Shown: positions 55,684 through 64,000 of the stretch, one piece after another
Numbering within the stretch: position 1 is the stretch's first letter
How the letters are laid out: the number at the start of each line of letters is the position of its first letter
From: the human T2T-CHM13v2.0 reference genome, Homo sapiens
Assembly: GCF_009914755.1 (NCBI RefSeq)
Contig: NC_060945.1
DNA length: 64,000 nt
Direction: 5' to 3' (one strand)
Translations under genes and position numbers: made by a program
The notes under the pieces: generated by a model
Databases searched by the model: none
What the model saw: the letters and a program-made list of their open reading frames with translations, nothing else
Told to the model about the DNA's origin: nothing

Positions 55684-56461
55684 ACTCTGAATGCTGGGGC
55701 AGTTTCCTTCCTTCCTAAAGGGAATACCAGCAAAGCTGCAAAACATCTCCATGGAAACCAACCTCTCAATCCATCAAGCTTCTGAAGCGTCTAATACATT
55801 ATCTAAAAGGCGGGCAGGGACTAATGAGGCAACTTAATAGAACTCACAACATGACATTTTATAACACAATGCCCATTCCTAATCAGCTAGCGGCACCCGA
55901 ATGATGAAGGAATCCCACGTTTACCCGACTCAGGCTTTGACGGCCTGCAACTTTGGTGGATTTACCACATCCCCTCCTCCCATGTCACTAAATGTAGGTC
56001 TCTATAGTAACCTACGATGCAATTTAAAATGATAATTTCTCCATAACGATAAGACTCGTCTCCCCCAACCCAACTGCCTTTCAGGTTTCTTATGTTGTCA
56101 TAATGCGTTTTATCTTGTTACAATGATACTTTTCGATTCACTGAGAAAACAGAAGTGACTTCAGGAGAAATATTCCTAATGTTTTTGGTTGATTTTTCAC
56201 CTTTCCCTCATCCTCTTCTACCTTTTCTTTGTCAGAGGATGGATATTAAGGTTCTAAACAATATACATTCAACCTGTTTGCATTTCTGACAGGAAGCAAA
56301 ACAGGTGTAGATCTTGCTGTAAGAGAAATAAGTGGTTGGATATTAGACTTCCAAGGTTTTTCAGGAAGTCAGAAATATTAACAGACAGGATAAAGCAGGT
56401 ATGGGGTGAGCTAAAAAAATCAAGCCACAAGTATTTTCCACAGGTATATTACTTCACCCCT

Positions 56462-56573
56462 AGAACTCTTTTTGTATCATTATAATTGTCTGGATATCGT
56501 AATAGTTTTCCAAATTATTTGGTCTCATTCACACTAGACAAGCTGGATATTGGCCTTGGGTAGTTATTACTTT
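56462..56573 (+). repeat. 113-nt direct repeat, copy 2
   Basis: Matches 55319-55431. Confidence 0.95.
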
Positions 56574-56927
56574 ACTTTTTGTTTACAGTTTCTTCTGTTG
56601 TTCAGAATCCTTCTGGCAACAGATAGTGAATGATTCCAAATCTCTTTCAACTTGATGAACTGTTTTGCCTGAAATGCTCTGGGAAAAAAAAAATGTAGGA
56701 TCAGATCATGTGAGACAGAAATTGTGCTAAGTTGTTTGTCATTTTAGAATTGAGATCAGAGTGTCAGTGCCTGAAAAACTGAGGTCGTTCTGTTTGCCTC
56801 TTAGACTTTTTAACTCCTGGTATTTAAAAACCATCATAAATTATTAGTAGAATGATTATAGCAAGGGAATACAATTTGAGAATGCTTGGAGATTGAAATT
56901 CCATCTGACAAATCTGAAAGGACATTA

Positions 56928-57790
<863 letters not shown>

Positions 57791-57817
57791 TGTTGAAGTA
57801 CATGTTCCTGCTCAAAG

Positions 57818-58110
57818 CTGGGTGTGCTGCAATTCAATTCTGACACTAACCACCTGGAGTTAGACTTCACAGATTAGGGACTCTGTCCTGGAAGCCACAG
57901 ATTTACTATGGATTTGCTGTGTGTCTGCCATTTTGCACTGCATTTGGATGACACTGCTTCAGATGTCAGCAGCACATCGGGGATCCTAGGCTATCCTCAC
58001 TTCTGACCTATGTTCTGATCAAACTTCCTGCTACGAATTCTGGGGTTCGTATGACCCATTCAGGTTCCATAATTTACTAGAATGACTAACAGAACTCAAG
58101 AAAGTGCCAT
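57818..58110 (-). mobile_element. MER21/MER77-like LTR fragment
   Basis: caattcaattctgacactaaccacctggagttag...ataatttactagaatgactaacagaactcaagaaa; the reverse complement resembles 48750-48960. Confidence 0.65.
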
Positions 58111-58387
58111 GTCAATGTTATTAACCTTGTTCTTACTCCTCATCACTTTGGCAAACCCAAATATTCAGATAATTTGTTTCTTTTTGAAAGCTTATTATTA
58201 TTTTATTTGCTTTTCTGAAGAGCTTAGGATATAAGAACTTAGGAGATACACTGACCAAAAACCATGAGGTATATGTTGGCAGCCCTTGAGGGATGTGCCT
58301 TGTTTTGACTAGTTGGATTTTCTTGTGAACAATGTCTTAAGTAGAAAATAACCCTCTGTGTTCAATATTATTTCTTGTTGAAAAACT

Positions 58388-58510
58388 TAAAAACGTTTTA
58401 GCTGGCTTTCCTGTCTTAAGAGAGTGTGACAGATACTAATCTTCTATTTAAAATGTTTCAGCTGGTTTTTCTATCTTAGGAGAGTGTGACAGATACTTAT
58501 CTCCCATTAA
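58388..58510 (+). repeat. 60-bp tandem duplication (2 copies)
   Basis: Exact 60-nt period around agagtgtgacagatact. Confidence 0.9.
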
Positions 58511-58634
58511 TGATGCTCATTCTTGCCATGTCTCCTCTTGCAAATATTATCACAACCACTGTTGCATGGTTTTGTGAAGGTGTGACTAAATTTGTTCTGA
58601 CCCCAGTATAATAGCACATAATATGGAAAATAAC

Positions 58635-58795
58635 TTTTTTATTTAGGTGAATTTCACATAACAAAAAATTGACAATTTTAACTTAAAGTAAACGTTACCT
58701 ACATTGTTGCACAATGCTGTATAACCACTACCTCCATCTAGTTCCCATTTTCAACAACCCAAAAGGAAATCCTGTACTCACTTAGCAATTCTCTC
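58635..58795 (-). mobile_element. L1MB-type 3' fragment
   Basis: ggtgaatttcacataaca...cacaatgctgtataaccactacctc. Confidence 0.65.
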
Positions 58796-58810
58796 CTTCA
58801 GAAGGCAATT

Positions 58811-59040
58811 TTTTTATTTCTTAATTTTTTAAAATTTAATTTTACATTCTAGGTTATCCATGAAGGACATGCAGGTTTGTTATATAGGTAAGCGTGTCAT
58901 GGTGGTTTGCTGCACCTATCAACCCATCACCTAGGTATTAAGCCCCACATGCATTAGCTATTTATCCTGATGCTCTCCTTTCCCCTGCCCCCCCAACAGG
59001 CCCCAATGTGTGTTGTTTCCCTCCCTGTGTCCATGTGTTC
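58811..59040 (-). mobile_element. L1PA8-10-like 3' end
   Basis: acctaggtattaagccccacatgcattagc; TSD cagaagg(c/t)aatt at 58799-58810 and 59041-59052. Confidence 0.88.
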
Positions 59041-60305
59041 CAGAAGGTAATTATTTTTAAATGAAATCTTTGTTATCAGTCGTCCACTTAACACCTACTT
59101 ATGCCAACTGTGTTAGGGTACTTTATTTCTTTATCACTTTCTCATTTTTCCTAAATGTATTGTATATGGTTATAGGAAGACTTTAGTCTACTGGGTCTGG
59201 TTAATCAAATAGTAAATTCTACTCTATAAATAGAATCTATATCCTTTATTTTATCCAGAAAGAATGGCAGACACACAGCAAATCCTAGTAAATGCTGAAT
59301 GACAGTTTTCCTGTAATGGTTTTGGATTAGAATTATATTGTCTAATGGTTGTATTATTTTAAAGATTTCTTTAGCAGGCATTAGTCATGACCAGCCAGAG
59401 ACATGACTGCATATCTGAGTCAATGTGAAGATTCCACCAGAGGAGGATAATCAACACAGAGGAGCTGTCACACCTGTTTGTTAAAATAAGTATTTCTCAC
59501 ACTGCTTCAGGTGAGCCAGGTTGAACTGAACTGCAACCTGAAGCTACTATTCTCAGGTGAGCTAGCTTCCCAGAGTTGCTGTTTGGAGAGACAGATGTAA
59601 TAACAATCTGGCTGCACGTGGAGGATGACAGGTCCCTTGTCATGCTAGGAGCTGGGGAGTGGCTTGCAGACACCACTTCACAATGAAGAGTGGGTCGTGG
59701 TTTGATAGGCACCTGTTGTCTATGGCCATACCACTCTGAACATGCCCAATCTCCTCTGATAGGCACCCATTCCTCATGGATGGGGAAGGTGGGGGTGCTG
59801 CCAGGGCTGTGCCCAAGTGCCTGCTTCCATTTTTTCCCCCAACACCAGACAGCAGCCAATATCCCAGGACAGCTCTGGGGCTCCTACAAGCTGGGAGCTG
59901 TTCCTGAAAACCCACTCAGCTCTCTGCTCCTGAAGCCTCTGAATGGGTATGGGCTATTGTTTTATGCGGGAAATTATCTGTCAAAAGAAACGCCTTCTGT
60001 GTTCCTACTCAGCACTGAGAGGCATATTTTTGTTGAGAGGATGCTTTATATTGGGGTCTATGGCTTTGTTGGAGCCTGCTCACATAGACAAGTGAGTGGG
60101 AACTTCTCATAGACCTCTAATCTCTATGGATTCGATTTTGATTGTCTTTTGTGAGGATGTAAAACCCACTATTGGTCTCAGGTTCACTGAGGAAAAGAAC
60201 CTATGGCTCTGTCAAGAAGCCATAGACTTAAATCACTTTTAATAAATATTTAGATTGGGTCTTATATGACAGCTCAGAATGTTTCAGTGGAATTGACACC
60301 AAAAC

Positions 60306-60690
60306 GGGGGACTCGAGAGTGATGTCAGCAGGGGGTGGAATAAGACTTTTCAGTCCTCGTTCCTTCATCGAAACATCACTTTGAACAACTTGTCATGCAT
60401 GAAAATTCCTTCACAAGAGCTAAGGAAACCAGGCAAGAGACTATAGCACCAGGGGGTAGCACAGAAATAAGAAAGGACATGTTGAAGAGGGAGGGACAGA
60501 TTCACATAACCTGTGTCACCCTCCCCTAAACCCGAGCAGCACAGCATGGAGAGAGATGGCAGGCAGGCCCCCAGCCCCAGTCTGCAGGCCAGCACCTGCC
60601 GAACCAGCCCCCACGGCCACCCCAACACCAGGCCAGAGCCCTCAGACTTAGGCTCTGGGCACACCTGAGGCTCCAGAAAAATGCTGCAAT
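60306..60690 (+). mobile_element. Old L1M 5' end (5' UTR start)
   Basis: gagtgatgtcagca...ccttcacaagagctaaggaaaccagg...gcagcacagcatggagagaga resembles L1M-type 5' termini. Confidence 0.55.
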
Positions 60691-60706
60691 AAACATAGGA
60701 TTTGGA

Positions 60707-61640
60707 AAAGAAGGAAATTCTGTCACTTGCAACAACATGGATGAACCTGGAGCACATTATGTGAAGTGAAATAAACCAGGTACAGAAGGACAAATACTGC
60801 ATGATCTCACTTACATGTGGAATCTAAAGAGTCCAACCCATATGACATGGTTTGGCTTTGTGTCCCCACCCAAATCTCATCTCAAATTATAATCTCCATA
60901 ATCCCCACATGTCAAGGGAGGGACCTGGTGGGAGGTGATTGGATCATGGAGGCTCCTTCCCCCATGCTGTTCTTCTGATAGTTAGTGAGTTATCATGAGA
61001 TCTGATGGTTTTATAAGTGTTTGACATTTCCTCCTACACACTCTCACTCTTTCTCTCCTGCCGCCATGTGAAGAAGGTGCCTGGTTCCCCTTTCGCCATG
61101 ATTGTAAGTTTCTTGGGGCCTCCCCAGCCATGTGGAACTGTGAGTCAATTAAACCTCTTTCCTTTATAAATTATCCAGTCTCAGGTAGTTCTTCATAGCA
61201 GTGTAAAAATGGACTAATACACCATAGAAGCAGAGAGTAGGTAGAATGGTGGTTCCCAGAGGCTAAGGGATGGGGAGATGTTGGTCAAAGAACACAAAGT
61301 TTCAGTCAGACAGCAGAAGTTCTGGATGCTTACCATACGGTATGGTGACTGTGGTTAATTATTATGCATTGTATACTTGAAATTGCTACATCTACACGAT
61401 CAGATCTACTACAATTAGACCCAGCGCAAATCTACGACAATTGCTACATCTTTACTTGAAAATTGCTAGAAAGTAGATCTTAAATATTATCACCACAAAA
61501 ATGATGTTTGTGAGAGGGATATGCTAACTAGCTTGATTGAATCATTTCACAATGCGTACATATATTCAAATATCACATTGTAAATATATACAATTTTATT
61601 CATCCATGATATCTCCATGGAGTTGGGGGGAAAAAGAGAC
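60707..61640 (+). mobile_element. L1MA8/9-like 3' UTR split by a MaLR LTR
   Basis: ggaaattctgtcacttgcaacaacatggatgaacctggag...agtagatcttaaat...catttcacaatg. Confidence 0.82.
60843..61221 (+). mobile_element. THE1D/MSTA-like solo LTR
   Basis: Runs tg...ca; perfect 5-bp TSD ccata at 60838-60842 and 61222-61226. Confidence 0.9.
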
Positions 61641-61904
61641 AAATGCATTTTTAAAAAGGGAAAGTTCTTGACACAAAAAATGCATATTTTTGTTCTGGTT
61701 AATGTAGAGAGTCAGCCTGTGTCAGGACAATTCAAAATTCAAATTTGAGAAATCACCAGAATTCCTATAGGCCAAGTCCTTTCTCTTAATGTCATATTTA
61801 ACACCTTCATAATTTTTATGATATGACTGTTAGACAAACACAATTCTGAAGTAAAACTGTCATTCAGCAGTTTTACTTCAACCTCTCTCCTCGTGTTCAA
61901 CTCC

Positions 61905-62767
61905 TGTCAGAAATGACCAAAAACTGGATGGCTTAAAACGATATAAATTTATTCTCACTGTTCTGTAGATGAAAAGTCTGAACTCCAGGTGTAGGGGGTG
62001 GGGGGCAAGTTCTCTCCCAGGCATCTAGGGGAGTGATATGGTTTGGCTCTGTGTCCCCACTCCAATCTCATCTGGAATTGTAATCCCCACATGTGGAGGG
62101 AGGGACCTGGTGGGAGGTAATTTGATCATGGGGGCATTTTCCCCCAAGCTGTTCTTGTGATAGTGAGCTCTCATGAGATCTGATGGTTTTATAAGTGACG
62201 GGCTTTCCTGCGCACACTTTCTTTCCTGCCACCATGTAAGACGTGCTTGCTTCTCCTTTGCCTTCTGCCATAATTGTAAGTTTCCTGAGGGAGGTCGCCT
62301 AGCCATGCTTCCTGTTAAGCCTGTGAGTCAATTAAACCTCTTTTCTTTATAAATTACCCAGTTTCAGGTAGTATCTTTATAGCAGTGTGAGAACGGGGAG
62401 GATCCTTTCTAAGGATTCTCCCTAATACAGGGAGGGTCCTTTCTGGCTTCTTCCAGATCCTGGTGGCTGCTGACCGTCCTTGGCTTTCGTGGGTTTACTC
62501 CCCAGTTTTCAAGGCCGGCATCTGTAAGTCTCTGTTCTGTCTGCATGCCACCTCCTTCCCTGTGTGTGGTCAAATCTCTCTCTGCTTCCCTCTTACAAGG
62601 ATACAGGTGATTGCATTTAGGGTCCACCTGGATGATGCGGGGTATTCTCTCCAAGTCAAGATCCTTACTTCCATTTGCTGAGATTTTTGGCCATATAAAG
62701 TTTGGCCATTTAAAGGTTCCAGGAATTAGGATCTGGATCGTCGAGGCCAATTTTTAAATCTACTACA
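61905..62767 (-). mobile_element. MLT1 LTR (antisense) split by an MSTA-like LTR
   Basis: ggatggcttaaaacgatataaatttattctcac...gattgcatttagggtccacctggat. Confidence 0.72.
62034..62395 (+). mobile_element. MSTA-like solo LTR lacking its last ~9 nt
   Basis: tgatatggtttggctctgtgtcccc...gcagtgtgagaacgg; gggag on both sides (62029-62033, 62396-62400). Confidence 0.87.
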
Positions 62768-63178
62768 GTAGTTAAGCAGATTTCTGTACCGTAGGACATT
62801 TTGAAACATTTATTACACTAAATATAATTCACTGAGAATCTCAAGAGGAGGGCTAAGAACTTCCTAAAATTGTTGAATCTTCAACACCCTTCTTCAAGCC
62901 TGCTTTAAAAAAATTTATCCTGAGGCTACCATGAGACTAAAGCCTCTAGGAGTACTTCAGAAAATGTTATCCTATGGATAACTGGGCAACATTTCATATA
63001 TACAAACTCCTTGTCTAGCACTCAATACCTCACTCGATCCAACCCCATCTGTCATTCCTAGACTTTCTCTTACTATTTTCTTACTTAAAGTGTTCACCTT
63101 TAGTATGTTCTGATCACTGTTCTCCAAACACATACTGTGCTTTCCTGCCTCTATTTTTTCTCCTAAGTGAATGACCAC

Positions 63179-63545
63179 TGTATTCGTCCGTTTCCACACT
63201 GCTAATAACAACATACCCAAGACTGGGTAATTTATATAGAAAAAGAGGTTTAATGGACTCACAGTTCCATGTGGCTGGGGAGGCCTCATAATCATGGCAG
63301 AAGGTGAGGGAAGAACAAAGGCGTGTCCTACATTGAGGCAGGGAGAATGAGAACCAAGCAAAAGGGGAAACCCTTGATAAAATCATCAGATCTTGTAAGA
63401 CTTATTCACTACCACGAGCACAGTATGGGGCAAACTGCCCCCATGATTCAATTACCTCCCTCTGGGTCCCTCCCATGATGCGTGGGAATTTTGGGAGCTA
63501 CAATTCAAGATGAGATTTGGGAGGGGACACAGCCAAGCCATATCA
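63179..63545 (-). mobile_element. THE1B/C-like solo LTR
   Basis: tgtattcgtccgtt...ggacacagccaagccatatca; TSD accac / gccac. Confidence 0.9.
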
Positions 63546-64000
63546 GCCACCTATCCCCTTCCCCACTGCACCCCTAACTTGCAGCACTGTGACCCCTTTC
63601 TCTCTTATTAAGTCTGGGCATTCTCCAAGGCCCAGCTTTCTCTAAGTCTTCCTTAATCCCCCAAGAAAGGATCTCCCCTTTTCTAAATTTTAGCTTTAGT
63701 GTTGAGGTACCCTGGGGTCAATAATAATCCAGTATAGAAATGTGCGAATAGTTACTTTTTTTGTTTTACAAGCACCTTCAAAGTCATCCCTTGATTGATT
63801 GTGTTGTCTTTGCAATATGGAAACTGGAGCTAAAACAGGAAGTTAAAATTACAGCATAATGTTGGGGTTCCTCCAGGAAGTGGGGCATTTCAGGTTGAAC
63901 TTCATTTGATACCGTGTCTTAGTTTAAAAAAGTGAAAAAGTGGAGTCTGCAGGTGTGCCTCTCTCACTTGGAATCTCATCATCTATTTCCTTATGATAAT

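Noticed and set aside
60444-60462. CTCF-like motif gcaccagggggtagc
   Set aside because: It has two mismatches in the core, including the conserved GGC position, and lies inside a repeat; insufficient without ChIP data.

Overview
This is human genomic DNA. The species call rests on an AluYb8 with its human-specific diagnostic changes at 34209-34496. The window is non-coding and repeat-rich, and I cannot support any host protein-coding exon, tRNA, rRNA or CpG island. The only recognisable protein sequences in the ORF track are disrupted LINE-1 ORF2p fragments (11778-14706, 46318-46989, 49904-52876); most other ORFs are chance or repeat-derived frames. Much of the window is recognisable interspersed repeat: about 21 LTR remnants (mostly solo ERVL-MaLR), L1PA/L1M fragments, Alus, MIR/L2, and hAT or Tigger DNA transposons, often nested with visible target-site duplications (TSDs). 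I found no new gene system. The observations most worth checking are: (1) all 16 LTRs between 7 and 57.8 kb point the same way, which suggests an unseen minus-strand transcription unit; (2) several local templated-copy, fold-back and micro-inversion scars; (3) an old L1 whose 5' end appears joined directly to its 3' UTR; (4) a near-consensus AluYb8 that may be polymorphic; (5) a few motif-dense unique segments that are candidate enhancers. Subfamily names come from remembered consensus sequences, and old-repeat boundaries are approximate.
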